Notes: generated by a model not told the origin, from the letters alone. Shown: positions 1 to 14,411, counted from the stretch's first letter. The stretch: 64,000 nt of DNA from the human T2T-CHM13v2.0 reference genome, Homo sapiens (GCF_009914755.1 NC_060928.1), one strand, 5' to 3'. Numbers and translations: made by a program.

Positions 1-1864
1 TTCAGCCTTTTAGTTTATACATTGAACCTCCTGGGCTCCTGTGGGATTGAAAAATGTTGATGACAGAGGGTGTAAGTCTTTATAAACTCTGAGTTTCCAG
101 TTCTGTTTTTAAAACATTGCTTGGATTAAATCAGCAAATTGTACTGTTATTTTGTGACTTTGGAAGGCTGAGCTCTTCATCTCTGCTTTTATTATAACGA
201 CTGTTACTAAAACTGACACTCATGACCCCATTACCCACCAGGACGATCAGGCATTCTCTTCAGGTGTGTGTTGTTTTATCACTAAACTTAGTCACTTTAC
301 TAAAGTAACTTCAGACGGGCTTTAGATTTGAGGGCAGGCTGTAAAACTAACAAGAAAAAAGGAAAATTTAAAGATATGGACACAGAGTGATGGGTTGCCT
401 TCCTGATCATGTATTCAGAGGCTGAAAGCCCAGAGAACCTGGGCAATTGCTAACCTGCAGTATCTGGAGCAACCAGCAATCTAATGTGAAATTCCTTTCA
501 TCTTCCCTCCACACTCCTGTGAAAACCAGGAGGATTTCTGAGAGGCACAGAGATTCTCAATCGTTGTAACGAGGCAGCTTTCTTGTAGTGTGAGTTCATG
601 AGAGGAAGGGCAATTTCATGTTAAACATACACACAAGATGACAGGGAAGGGGGCGAGCTGATAGCCCAAAATACATATGCAAACCCTCCCTTGGAAGCTT
701 GCTTTTCACTCTCTTGTACAAAGTCAATGGAAACCAAGGAACTACCATTCCAGAATTGTCGCCTGCTTTAATCCTTAATAACCAAATAAAAATGGGCAGC
801 CCGTATTCGGGAGCAGCTCTAGCAAGCAGACCTCTAGGAAACAAGGCTCCCTGCAGACTTTCCCTTGATCTTAAAGCTTAACTTGAAACATTTATATGCA
901 CGGAGCACCTGGCCAGGAGATGTGAGAAGGCCTTTTTTTTTTTTTTCTTTTTTTCACCTTGGCTCCATTTCTTTCTTTAATAATAAATTCTCAGTTTTCT
1001 TTTTTCCCTTCTTGGAAACTGATTCCACTCTAAATAATGTTTTTTGTTCTTTCTTAATAGTTTAAGAAAAGCAAGACAAACTTGAAAACCCCCCATTAAC
1101 ATCCATCAGGCTCCCCGCCTGCCGATCGGTATCATCTTCACTTTAGGAAAGATGAAGCAGAAAGTCAGTGTAGGTTAATTCCAATCAGGTTGAGAACTTC
1201 TTTTGTTTGAATTCAAAGGGCTCAGGTTAACCTATTATGCAATTTAGTACCAACTGGCTGCACAAATCTTCTTTCACATACCTTGCTGGGTGAAGAAGTG
1301 ATGAGTGCAGAAACTTGTTCTGACTGCACCAGTTTAAATACGCAGGTGTTTGAATTATGGTCAGAAGTTTAACAGAGGAGGAAAGCTCATATCTGTCCTA
1401 CAATGGTAACACCATCTGAGTCACATCCTCAACAAGGTTATAATGCATTTAATGGTAAAAAATATACACAGAGTCTGATATAAAGACTTTCCCTCAAATC
1501 GGGTCAAAACCAGGACAGATGCTTTATAGTTATTTTGAAATAAATGTATGTAAAGAAGGGAGTACCAGCTCATGAGTATCACCAGCCTCTCTCCTCCTTT
1601 CTTTCTTCCGTCTTTCATTCCTTCTTTCCTGCACATTTTGATTTCACAAAAGAATTTAAAGCATACCTGAAGACACACAATACACAGGATATAATAAATA
1701 GCTGAAATTGGAGCAAAAAAGAAAATAGACAAGAAAACTAATGCTGAAGGAAATATTCCAAATTATATATAAATGCAAACCATTCACTCCTGTATGGTTG
1801 CTGGAAAGTGGAAGGTGGAACTTTGGCTGGATGGATGCCCTGACTCTAGTCCAGTCCCCAGCAC

Positions 1865-2480
1865 CAATGCTCAAGAGATGCCCAATTCATCTCCTCAACT
1901 CCCACCTAGCCCTCCTCTAATCTCAGTCTCCATACCTGAGTGATACCTCTAAAAAGCAAATCAGATGAGGTCTTATCATTGCTTCAACATGTTAATGACT
2001 GCCCCCTATACATAAGATAAAGTCAGAATTCCTCAGTGTAGCTTATAATACTAGCCTGACCCGGCACCTCACTGCTGTCCACCTCTCTGGCAGTCTCAGC
2101 ACCCCACCAGCTACTCTGCCCTCTGGTCACACCAGACCTCGTTCAACAATTCAAATATGTCCTTTCCTGCACAGTTTTTTCAGTGAGGCTCCTCTGCCTC
2201 TCCACCAGCTGAACTTGCACTTAAACTTCCTCCAGTTCTGGGTCATGCTCCTCAGACTGGAGTAGGTGCTCCCGAAGCATGTTCCCACCTGTCCTTCCTC
2301 GTCACAGCACCTGTCACACTTCATTATTTACTTACCAGCTTGCTTTTGCTGTTTGAGAATGCACTCTTGGAGAGTACGAGCTGGGTCTAGGTTGCTCCTT
2401 ATTTCCAGCATCTATCAGAGTGCCTGACATATCACTACTGCTTACCGATACATTATTGTTGTCACATGCATAAATCATAA
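1865..2480 (+). mobile_element. L2 LINE 3' fragment (old, degraded)
   Basis: L2-like motifs: 'tctaaaaagcaaatcagatgagg...aaagtcagaattcctcagtgtagc' and terminal 'agagtgcctgacatat...gatacattattgttg'. Boundaries approximate. Confidence 0.6.
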
Positions 2481-2584
2481 CAACTGACATTAATTAAACA
2501 TTCACCATGGGTTAAAAAAGATGCACCATGTTTTACCTTCTTTATCTTTGTAGAAAAAAACATTTATTCTTCAAAATAAAGCCA

Positions 2585-2655
2585 TTATCTTTCTTCATAG
2601 TAAAGCTATGAGGTACGTTATTATTATCTTCATTTTACAGATAAGGAAACTGAAC
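2585..2655 (-). mobile_element. MIR core fragment
   Basis: 'ctatgaggtacgttattattatcttcattttacagataaggaaactga' matches the reverse MIR core. Confidence 0.7.
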
Positions 2656-3242
2656 CTGCAAGCTCAGACAAATGCTTCCCAACAGCCTAAGCAATAAACA
2701 GACAATGTTCAGTTACAAAATTTATAGTGGAAAAAATTCACAATTGTTGGGGAGAAACATGATTTTTCCCAGATCATAAAACTTAAAATATTAATTCCCA
2801 TGAGTTATGTGAAAGCATTCGCCAATGGCCTGATTGTATGGATGGCAGCCTGCAGAATCCCTACAGTGAACAAAGTAACAGGCTTTATAAGGCCCCTTGC
2901 TAGTGTCTCTCAATACAAGCAATGGCACAACACGAAAGCACAATTCACCAGGCTCCAGCCTACACCAGGCAAAACACACAGCTCTCCTGTGGCCTGGCTT
3001 AAACCAAGGGGTTATTTAATTTTGCCAAAATCAAACCTAGCAAATATTCATGTTGTGACTTTGAGATCATTTTCCCCCTGAGAAGAGGGAGGAAAAGGAG
3101 AGTCCATAAGAAGAAAAGGCAAGGACTAGAGACTTACTCTGAAGAGAAGGGTGACACAGGTCTGCATAGGAGCTGCCTTTGCCAGCATAGTCTTCCTGAC
3201 TAATTTCTGAAAAGACATGCTGACCTGGGCCTGACGCTTCCT

Positions 3243-3258
3243 CCGCCACCTGGAGGCT
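3243..3258 (-). promoter_or_regulatory. CTCF-like motif
   Basis: Minus strand reads GCCTCCAGGTGGCGG, close to the CTCF core CCASYAGRKGGCR. Motif match only. Confidence 0.4.
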
Positions 3259-3863
3259 TTGGTCTCAGTAGCTCTAGGAGCCTTTCTGCTCTCATGGGCC
3301 CTGAATCTATGTCCAAGTTACAAATGGCTGCTTTTGGGGGGAGAGGGAGGGTAGTTTATTTTGTTATATTTAAAAGTGACAACCCTGCCCCCAGACCAAA
3401 GCTTTGGGTTTGTTTGGGGTTTGATCATCAAAATGGAGAGTTAGTCAAGCAAGGCAATTCTGACTACTTCCTCCTCACCATCTGGGTGCCACCAAGATAT
3501 AAAGCCTTTGGCAGCAGAAAACCCGTGCACACATACATATGCCTGCACATGCATGCGCTCACAGGTCTTCTTTTGTGTTGGGTGCAACAGCCCATTTTGG
3601 AACTCTGTGCCATTTGCATGTGTATTTCCAAGCCTGATGAAAATTTTTTCCCTGAAACAACCGAGCTTTTACCAATTATTACCCATCAGTGTTTCACTAT
3701 CTTGGAAGCATTCTCCCTACAGCCCTACTGTGGTCATTTTACTCCATTCCACCTACTGCAATATGAAAAGAAATCTTAGACCATGTGAATAGAGAGGTCG
3801 AAAGAGAGCAAATTTTCTCTTTAGTTGCAATAGTATGATCTCTAAAAAAATTATTTATTTATG

Positions 3864-4254
<391 letters not shown>

Positions 4255-5981
4255 TCAACCTTTAAATAGCCTTCAGGAAAATGACTCTAACATAGATAAT
4301 GTAAATTTGAACAATATAGACTCCCTTTTTCTCTGGAAGACACAAAGAATAAAATATTATCCATAAAAGTCTGGAAGTTTTAGTTTAAAAGAATAAATGC
4401 TAGAATCTTTAGAATATTTACCACCCACTTATTTGCTTCTAGGACATTTTGTAAATTGATGAGCCCAATTCTATGAAGTAGAAGAGAATAAAGCTGTCCA
4501 CTTACATTCTTCCTACTAGTCAGCCATGAAATTTAAAATTTTATGATACTAGATTTATATGATATTTCTATGTATGGTTTTTGATATTACATCCTGAGTT
4601 TCTTTTGATTCAACATTTACTAGTTATTTAATTTCCTGTTCCCTGAAAAAAATGGAAATGGTGAAAAGTTTGAAATGACAGAAAAGAGAAGATTGAACTC
4701 CTTGAGAAATAAGTCCAAACTTTAGAGGCAAAATGACAAACATAAAACATAAAGAAGTCAGTATATCTGTCCTGGCAAAGAAAAGAAAAGTTCTCCATTT
4801 TTCTAGTAAGAAAAAAAAGTAATAATCTTAAATTTAGGAAGGGAAATTGAGGTTAGATTCCTAAACAATGGAATCATCTGGGTGGTGAGGGGCAGAATTT
4901 GTCCAGTCTATCAGGAAGTAAAGATTAGAGTAGACAATATCATCTTAGAGAGTGCAGGACACAAACATTGTAAATGTAGTCCAACCTGGAAGAAGCGTGG
5001 AATGCAGTTAATGATTTCTGGAGGACAGTTCCTTCCAGTCCTAAGAATCGGCAATTTGCCTACCATTTAGTAAATAGCCTTTACTTAGTGGAGGGTAGCC
5101 TAATGCTTTAAAAAAATAAAACATCTATCACAGCCCCTGCTCATTAGTACTATACAGACCTCAAGAATCTTTGGTGCTGTATTAATGCCAAGTACTCTCT
5201 CACTTAAGTGGTACAGCCTATATTCCATTAGAGACGGGTAAGAAGAGGCACCAGTTCTTTTTAGCAATCAGTTTTTTTTTTAAATTGCCCATCTTCATCT
5301 TAAACTTTTCGATAGCTTGTCAAAATAAGGGACAGTGGAAGCACACAACATAACAAAATATAAACACCAAACCTAGTCCTTGCGAGAAAACTCCCCAGCA
5401 TTCCCTACCCTGTTCAATCACGCTGCTCATTAAACAAGTCATTTTAATACTCACTGTCAGCCCAATCTTCTAGGTGCCAGGATTTTCTTTTGAAGAGAGA
5501 AGGTACTCTGTGGGCCAGCCTTGCAGAAGGGTAAACATTTGGAAACCAGGACAGGGTTTTCTAGTATTTAAGATCTGGCATCTTCTAAATTTAGGGGTAC
5601 TCCCTTTCCTGCTTTTTGGGCTTAAAATATTTTTAAATTTTACTTTATTTTAATTTTTTAGTTTGCACAGACACAATGTGCTGTGAAACACACCTCAAGT
5701 GTCTTTTAAAAATTAAAACAGGGTTGATTTGTAGTGTCAATGATTCCTGCTAATCAAAATCACTGACAATTTTTCAGGAGGGAAGAAGTATGGTTTAGCC
5801 CTCTCACTAGAGAGCATTGCTTCATTTTTCTGTTTTGATCTAAATCTGAATGTTTTCCTGCAGATAATTCTCTTGCATTTTTTAAAGGGGAGAAACAGGC
5901 AATAAAATTCTAAGAAAATAAATGTTTATTTGGACACACAAATTTCTATCCCTGACCCCAGGTGCATGAGCGGAGCTTCAG

Positions 5982-5996
5982 GTCCCTCTGCTGGTC
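5982..5996 (-). promoter_or_regulatory. CTCF-like motif (weaker)
   Basis: Minus strand reads GACCAGCAGAGGGAC. It matches CCAGCAGAGGG but lacks the terminal C of the core. Confidence 0.3.
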
Positions 5997-6852
5997 CAGC
6001 TCAGTGGGAGCTGTCAAGGGCAGGTTCAGAGACTTCTACCTCTAAATGAAAACTTGTAAATAGAATGTTGTGTTTACTCTTCTCCTATGGCCAAGGACCA
6101 TCACTGGAATGCAGGGAGTGGTAAGTGTGGACTCCAACTATGACAGGAAAATCAAGCAGCCGCCCAGACAGAATTTCTCTAAGTTGTGTATCTGACTCAG
6201 AAGTCAATGTACATTTCAATACATGCTCCATTTTCTAACCATGCTTTTTTGAAATTGTCTTTTAAAAATTAGAAGTGGTTTTTGTGAACTAGAAAATTTA
6301 TAAGAAGCTCCTTGTCTTTAAAGTCAAGGATTTATTTAAAAAACTAGAGAAACAAGAAGAAAGAAGGCAAGAGAATGTGACAAAGCAGTAATTTTCCCAG
6401 ACTCTTAACTTCTAGCAACAAAAATCTGTGTAAGTATAGTTTGGAGATCAGTAGACTTGACTCTTTTAAACCGGAGAGTCATGCTATGGTATTCTGGTAC
6501 TCTTTTTCTATGAGAATAAAACTGGCTTTTAATGTTTAAACATTATGTGTAGCTTAACTGTAAACCCATTCAAGAAAGCACCATTCTCTTTAATTATCAT
6601 TATGAGGGCCTTTATACACATTCATGAATTAACACCAGAAAAGGATAGTGCTATTTTGTAATACTAGTCTTCGTTATATTTTCATATCATTTTTAAATAC
6701 AAAAATATAATATTAGAGAAAGAAAAAAAACTAATGAGGTCACTTAATTCAAATGAGCCAAGGCAAATAATATTTGAACAGTGATTAATTGGTCTAAAGC
6801 TATCACCTTAAACCAAAGAGTTAATAATGATCCAGAACAAATAATGACAGAA

Positions 6853-7891
6853 ATATATATTTATTTAGATATATATATCTGTATATGTGTGTACATACGT
6901 GTATATGTGTGTATATACGTGTATATACACACATATACACGTATATATGTATATATACGTGTATATACACACATATACACGTATATACACACATATACAC
7001 GTATATATATACGTGTATATATACACACATATACACGTATATATATACGTGTATATATACACACATATACACGTATATATATACGTGTATATATACACAC
7101 ATATACACATATACACGTATATATACGTGTATATACACACATATACACGTATATATACACGTGTATATACACACATATACACATATGTATATATACGTGT
7201 ATATACACACATATACACATGTGTGTACATACACACAAGTGTATGTACACACATACACACGTGTACATACACACAAGTGTATGTACACACATACACACGT
7301 GTGTACATACACACAAGTGTATGTACACACATACACACGTGTGTACATACACACAAGTGTATGCACACACATACACACGTGTGTACATACACACAAGTGC
7401 ATGCACACACATACACACGTGTGTACATACACACAAGTGCATGCACACACATACACACGTGTGTGTACATACACACAAGTGCATGCACACACATACACAC
7501 GTGTGTGTACATACACACAAGTGCATGCACACACATACACACGTGTGTGTACATACACACAAGTGCATGCACACACATATACACATATATACATACATAT
7601 ACACATGTGTATATACACATGTGTATATACATACATATACACATGTGTATATACACATGTGTATATACATACATATACACATGTGTATATACACATGTGT
7701 ATATACATACATATACACATGTGTATATACACATATGTGTATATAGATACATATACACATATGTGTATATACACATAAGTGCATATACATACATATACAC
7801 TTATGTGTATATACACATAAGTGTATATATGCGTGTATATACGTATATAAACACATATGTGTATATATGTGTGTGTGTGTATATATATATA
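6853..7891. repeat. ~1 kb compound alternating purine-pyrimidine (TA/CA/TG) micro/minisatellite
   Basis: Almost uninterrupted RY alternation with three sub-arrays of ~34-42 bp units, followed by a GA-rich tract (~7891-7975). Confidence 0.97.
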
Positions 7892-8456
7892 GACAGAGAG
7901 AGAAAGGGAGAGAGACAGACACAGAGAAAGAGAAAGTGACAGGGAGAAAAAGAGAAGAGGGAAAATGGGAAATGACAAAGAAAAATACTACTTCACATAG
8001 CTGATGGGACCCTCAAAATTATCCGAAATGATAATGACATTTTATGTTATACATCCTAGTATTTAACAGAATAACAATAGAGACACATCCTTCTGCAATG
8101 TCTGAAATTATTCCTGCAGAAATCCACCCCTCCCCAGTGCAAGGATCCCCATTCTGAGAAACACACAGGAATGGCAACCCATGTGCGAGCCATCTTTCTC
8201 ATCACATCAATCCCAACTCACACGTGGGTCTGATCACCTTTCTTTCAGACACACAGGGTGAATGAATATTAATTACAATTGTTAAAGCCCTACTATCTTT
8301 ACAATGAATTCAACTTTCTAGTAATTGAGATATTTGAGTATTTTTAATGAAGACCATTTTGCTAAAATAAAAAAAAAAGTGTGGCAATTTTAAATTAAGT
8401 TGACTTAAAATTCATATTATTTGAAGGATTCTGTTGCTAAAGGAATTAAGGACACG

Positions 8457-8618
8457 AAGACCACTTCCAAACTTGTTGATAATCAGAAGCAGATGGAGGT
8501 GCTATTAAAAACTCAGATACCCATGCCCACATCAGAGCTACTAAATCAGAATCTCTGAGGACGGGTTCCTGGAATTTTATTTATTTATTTAGCTTCCAGA
8601 TTTGGAAATCACTGCTCC
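8457..8618. mobile_element. MER5-type hAT-Charlie MITE remnant
   Basis: 'ctactaaatcagaatctctgagg...cctggaatttt' and terminal 'tttggaaatcactg' resemble the MER5A core and TIR. Confidence 0.65.
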
Positions 8619-8971
8619 AGGATGTTGCAAAATCAAGAGAGATGTTAAATGATTTGAATGAAAACATATTTCAACATCTGGGCAGTTCTCTGTAGCCACA
8701 AAGACTAGAAGAGCCGAGGCCACACCATCTCCAAATGCACCAGGTACAAATGTCTGTTATCCAAAAATGCACAGAAATAGAATACTGTGTAGTACACTTT
8801 TTAGGTAAATGAATTGAAAAATCATAATTTAATATGCTGTACCTTGTTCCCATTGTACAGAGTGATGTATTTAAATTACTAGCTTTTGCATTTTTACTTT
8901 TTAAAATTGGTTGTTGGAAAATTAAATCTGTCTTGCTTATTGGGAGTCAAAGCTGCAACATAAAAGAACAA

Positions 8972-8990
8972 TGTTGCCATCTAGTGGTCA
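8972..8990 (-). promoter_or_regulatory. Strong CTCF-like motif
   Basis: Minus strand reads TGACCACTAGATGGCAACA, a close match to the CTCF core CCASYAGRKGGCR, in apparently unique sequence. Confidence 0.6.
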
Positions 8991-9077
8991 ATTGAAGACA
9001 TTAATGAATCAGACCATTGCGAGAAGTTTCAAGTTGAAGGAAAAGACAGCTCAGGAAATAATGTAAATATATTTCAT

Positions 9078-10237
9078 AAACCTAAGACCTGAAACTACAA
9101 ATATTCTAGAAGGTAACATTGGAAAAACCCTTCTAGACATTGGCTTAGGCAAGGATTTCATGACCAAGAACCCAAAAGCAAATGCTATAAAAACAAAGAT
9201 AAATAGCTCTAATTAAAGAGCTTTTGCACAGCAAAAGGAACAGTCAGCAGAGTAAACAGACGACCCACAGAGTGGGAGAAAATCTTCACAATCTATACAT
9301 CTGACAAAGGACTAACATCCAGAATCTACAACGAACTCAAACAAATCACTAAGAAAAAAACAAACAATCTCATCAAAAAGTGAGCTAAGGACATGAATAG
9401 ACAATTCTCAAAAGAAGATATACAAATGGCCAACAAACATGTGGGAAAATGCCAACATCACTAATGATCAGGGAAATGCAAATCAAAACCACAGTGTGAT
9501 ACCACCTCACTCTTGCAAGAATGGCCATAATCAAAGAATCAAGAAACAGTAGATGTCAGTGTGGATGCAGACATCAGGGAACACTTCTACACTGCTGGTG
9601 GGAATGTAAACTAGTACAGCCACTGTGGAAAACAGTGTGCAGATTCCTTAAAGAACGAAAAGTAGAACTGCCATTTGATCCAACAATCCCACTACTGGGT
9701 ATCCACCCAGAGAAAAAGAAGTCATTATTTAAAAGGTACTTGCACACGCATGTTTATAGCAGCACAATTCACAACTGGAAAATTGTGGAAACAACCCAAA
9801 TGTCCATCAATCAATGAGTGGATAAAGAAACTGTGATATATATATATATATATGATGGAATACTAAGCAGCCATAAAAAGGAATGAATTAACCGCATTTT
9901 CAGTGACCTGGATGAGATTGGAGACTATTATTCTAAGTGAAGTAACTCAGGAATGGAAAACCAAACATCTACGTTCTCACTGACATGTGGGAGCTAAGCT
10001 ATGAAGCTGCAAAGGCATAAGAATGATACAGTGGACTTTGGGGACTTGGGGGGAAGAGTGGGAGGGGGGCGAGAGATAAAAGACTACAAATATGGTGCAG
10101 TGTATACTGCTCAGGTGATGGGTGCACCAAAATCTCACAAATCACCACTAAAGAACTTACTCATGTAACCAAATACCACCTGTACCCCAATAACTTATGG
10201 AAAAATAAAAAAATTCAATAAATAAATAATAAAATAA
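9078..10237 (+). mobile_element. L1PB-type LINE-1 3' fragment (ORF2 C-terminus + 3'UTR)
   Basis: ORF2 remnant [17 protein letters not shown]; L1PB-style 3'UTR 'gggtgcaccaaaatctcacaaatcaccactaaagaacttactcatgtaacc'; A-rich tail. Confidence 0.92.
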
Positions 10238-11699
10238 TTGCTTATACCATTTCCTTGATGATGCTAGGAAATTTTACCAGTTTAACTCCATTTACCACCA
10301 ACTCATCTTTTGTATTATTGTCATGCATTTTGAACTTCATAGATATTTTTATTCTCAAAATAAATTGTTTTTGCACAGTCATTAAAAAAATTTAGTAAAA
10401 AAAATTCTATTATTGAGGGGATTTCTCCCAACTACAGATGCTACTACCACCAGACCCCCTTAATCTTCATGCTAGTTTCTAGCTCTAAAATCAAAGTATT
10501 GGTCAGTTGACAACAAGGTTGTGTTTCATTTGACTCTAACAATAGTATGACAAATCCTCTCATGTTTGTGTATTTGTGAAGGTTCTAAGGTAGATGTTAA
10601 TACCGGGAGTTTCTCAAATCATCAGTGATACCACCCTTTGAAGCTATGGCTGGGCTACTAGTTTCTTCCAATTACTCAAGCTGCCAAGGAAGCTGTGAGC
10701 CTTTGAAAGGGAGATTTCAGCCCCTTCCCCACTTCTGACATCTTAGGGGGTCACATTGCTGCTCCAAGTATTCTCTCTAGAAGCCATCCTAGACTGAGCC
10801 TGCCTATGTTCCAAGGACTCAGCTGTGTGAGGGAGTTGGCCTCCCAAATCATCTGGATGAGGAAGACTTTCATGTCTGCACATGCACACTTGACCATAGA
10901 TATTAGTGCACATATGATCAGCAAGTAAGGAAAGGAATAAATCAAAGAGGTATATTATAAGTAATTTTAGTCATTTTAATTTTAAATAATTGGTTTCATC
11001 TAAGTGATCTCAATTAGGTCATGATATGTCTTAAGTTGAATGTTACTCTAGCTTAATTTTTTTGTTTCTGAGAGTTCCAAGACTGGTCTGAGGACAGCCA
11101 TCTTTAATAGATGGTGTGTCTTTGAAAGGTGGAGTGTATAACATTATATTTCAAAAAGCAGCAAAGTAACTCTTACACATTGAAACAGGGTCCCCTAGTA
11201 GAGCAGAGGTCCCTAAAGAGCTTCTTAGATGGAAATCCCAGTCACTACTACTAGTAATCTATTCCTTCTACTTCTCACTTAATGGGACCTATTTCTGTGT
11301 TTACCTGAACAAAAGGTATTCTTATGCAAGATTTGTTTCTTGATTAATTTAGGCAATCTGTATTTCCTATCTAATCCCTTGGAAATGAAAAGGCGCATGA
11401 TCGGTGTGAGAGAATGGGTTTATAGAAAGCCTCCACTAGCCCTCTTGAAGAATTTACGGGTAGCCTGAGGCCAAGGAGATACAGTAGGGCTTTCCTGTTC
11501 CAGTCTGTGCACATGCAGGAAGATCTGCCAGGAGAGAATATCTAAGGATAACCCAGAGAAAGGGTGATAGAGAATACAAGGCTTATAGCAGCCTTTCAGC
11601 TTATATTGCAAACTCCTTGCTGGTAAGGCCTTAGATATTGGGTTTATTGTGTGATTACATGGCCAAGGGAATGTGGTGGGGGATGGTTTCTATGTACCA

Positions 11700-11792
11700 G
11701 AAACTGCTTAGAAAAATTAGCTCATTTAATCCTTGGAACAACCCTTGGAGGTAGGTAGGATCATTATCCCCATTTTATAAATGAGGATATAA
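11700..11792 (-). mobile_element. MIR fragment
   Basis: 'ctcatttaatccttggaacaacccttggaggtagg...attatccccattttataaatgagga' matches the reverse MIR core. Confidence 0.7.
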
Positions 11793-11934
11793 GCTGCATT
11801 TCTTTCTTTTATCAGTTTATTGTGCTTCCTTTTTGTCACTCTCTAATTTATGACAGTGGAGCAGAAGGAAAAACACAGGTTTCTTTGAACTTCTGGTAGC
11901 TTGGTCATCAAATGTATAAATATATACATGTATA

Positions 11935-12060
11935 TGCTTATTCTGCAAATACTTTTTGAGCACCTACTATATGCAAGGCATTTGCTTGATACTGTTGAAA
12001 ATGGGAAGATAAATGCCAAACTGCAGCAATCAAATGCTCACAGCCAGTACAGGAGATTAA
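11935..12060 (-). mobile_element. L2 3' end fragment
   Basis: 'aaatactttttgagcacctactatatgcaaggca' is the typical reversed L2 terminus. Confidence 0.6.
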
Positions 12061-12199
12061 AAAATAAAGACTTAAACTTCACTGTGATAGTGCAATAACG
12101 CAATTGATTATTTCAAAAAGAGAGGAATGGAACCAGTGAATCCTGCAAATCTCTGTGAACCAGAACTCATCCACAGCTTGACCCCAGTAGATAAATACC

Positions 12200-12502
12200 T
12201 TCTTTTTTTTTTTTTTTTTGAGATGGAGTCTCGCTCTTGTCACCCAGGCTGGAGTGCAGTGGTGTGATCTCGGCTCACTGCAACCTCCGCCTCCTGGGTT
12301 CAAGTGATTCTTCTGCCTCAGCCTCCTGAGTAGCTGGGATTACAGGTACCCGCCACTATGCCGAGCTAATTTTTGTATTTTTAGTAGAGACAGGGTTTCA
12401 TCATGTTGGCCAGGCTAGTCTCAAACTTCTGACCTCAGGTGATCCACCCACCTCAGCCTCCCAAAGTGCTAGGATTACAGGTGTGAGCCACCACACCCAG
12501 CC
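12200..12502 (-). mobile_element. AluS (Sq/Sx-like) SINE
   Basis: Poly-T, then 'gagatggagtctcgctcttgtcacccaggctgg...tgacctcaggtgatcc...cccagcc'. Confidence 0.95.
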
Positions 12503-12844
12503 ACAGATTAACAGCATTTTTGGAACATATCATTCACTGACTCCCAACATATCATTCCCTGACTAGATCTTAGCTTACAATTCACCAAGCAACCACAGGA
12601 GAATGGTAGAACCGGCCCAGAGGATGCAACCCGGGGCATGGAATTGTGAGGAAGATGCACCCAAGAAGAGCAGCAGCAACCTGCTCATTAGCACTACCGC
12701 GGAGCCACGGCTTTGACACCTGTCCAGTAACAGGAATGGGTTCTATCATATTCACAAAACAGTCAAAGGTTCTCCTGACTTCATTCTGATATACAGTATC
12801 TTATAAGAATGGTCTAGAATGCCGCCTAGTTTTTCACACATTCA

Positions 12845-13091
<247 letters not shown>

Positions 13092-14059
13092 CTAGCTAGC
13101 CAAGCCCCTCTCTCCACCTTAAATCGTGCCTCTACCTACTCGCTGTCTTAGACCTTTTCATCACTGAGGGTTTTCTGTCACTCTGTATCTGCTATTTACT
13201 TCTGTGTCAGTTAGGGTCCCAAAAAGATTACTCAGATTAAGTTATCTGAAAGGGCTCAGGAAATTTCACAAAGCACACTCACCTAAGACTTCAAATAAAG
13301 GTAAAAGCTCAGGTATACCAAGAGAAAGAGATGGCACTCAAGCACTGGGAATCTGAGACATCTCCAGGCACTGTGTTTCTTCTGATTTGTGTGAGGAGGT
13401 GCTTGCTCTCCAGATTAAATAACCAAGACTTGTGATATGAACTTGGCTTCTCAAAACCTCTAGACAGCAGTCTCCCCAAACCCCTCACCCCTTTGTTAGC
13501 CAAGACAGGCAACTGGTCACACCAGGTGAAAGCTATCAACAAACATTCTGGCCCTGGGTTTCGCCAGGGGACTTCTGGACTGTAAACAGTGCATTGCAAA
13601 TCACTGATTAGTTGGTTAGTTAGCCCACTGACCTTAAATTGGCCAAGTGTCAAAGCAAAGCATCCAGGCATTCATGGAGGTCAGCATGGAGATGCCCCAG
13701 TCAAGCTGTAAAAATAACTGTATGACACAGGCATGAGCAAAAGAAACTGATTCTGATTAACTTAAGCAGCAGGGAATTTAGTTAGACTTGGGAACAGGCA
13801 CATAGCAAGGCAGGCCCTGGACAAGGTAGTGGGAATGACAAGGTGCTGCCAGGACCTAATGGAGTTACAATCAGTTTTTCAGTTCTTTTGTCTCTCTATT
13901 CATAGTTCAAATTCACAGCAAAAAGAACATTTCAATAACTAGACTTGGGTTGTGTATCTGTCCCCAGTCTAAGTAAGTATGGGGCTCCTGATAACAGTTA
14001 AACTAGACTGGGTGAGAACTAATTTCTGAAAAGAAAATTGTTGTTAGAAAGGCAAAATT

Positions 14060-14411
<352 letters not shown>

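Noticed and set aside
3294-3792. 161-aa and 94-aa ORFs
   Set aside because: No recognisable domain or exon structure; lengths are compatible with chance.
7221-7580. CRISPR-like appearance (palindromic ~30-bp repeat at regular spacing)
   Set aside because: The 'spacers' are ~10-14 bp and near-identical, there are no cas genes, and the context is human. It is a minisatellite.
6781-7978. Six overlapping 297-385 aa ORFs rich in Y/I/H/T/V/C/M
   Set aside because: Artefact: stop codons need a YRR pattern, which an alternating purine-pyrimidine array almost never contains, so all six frames stay open.
13200-14040. Possible old MaLR LTR fragments (similar weak signals near 33240-33670, 47320-47920 and 62780-63780)
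   Set aside because: Similarity is too degraded to assign family or boundaries by eye; needs RepeatMasker/Dfam.
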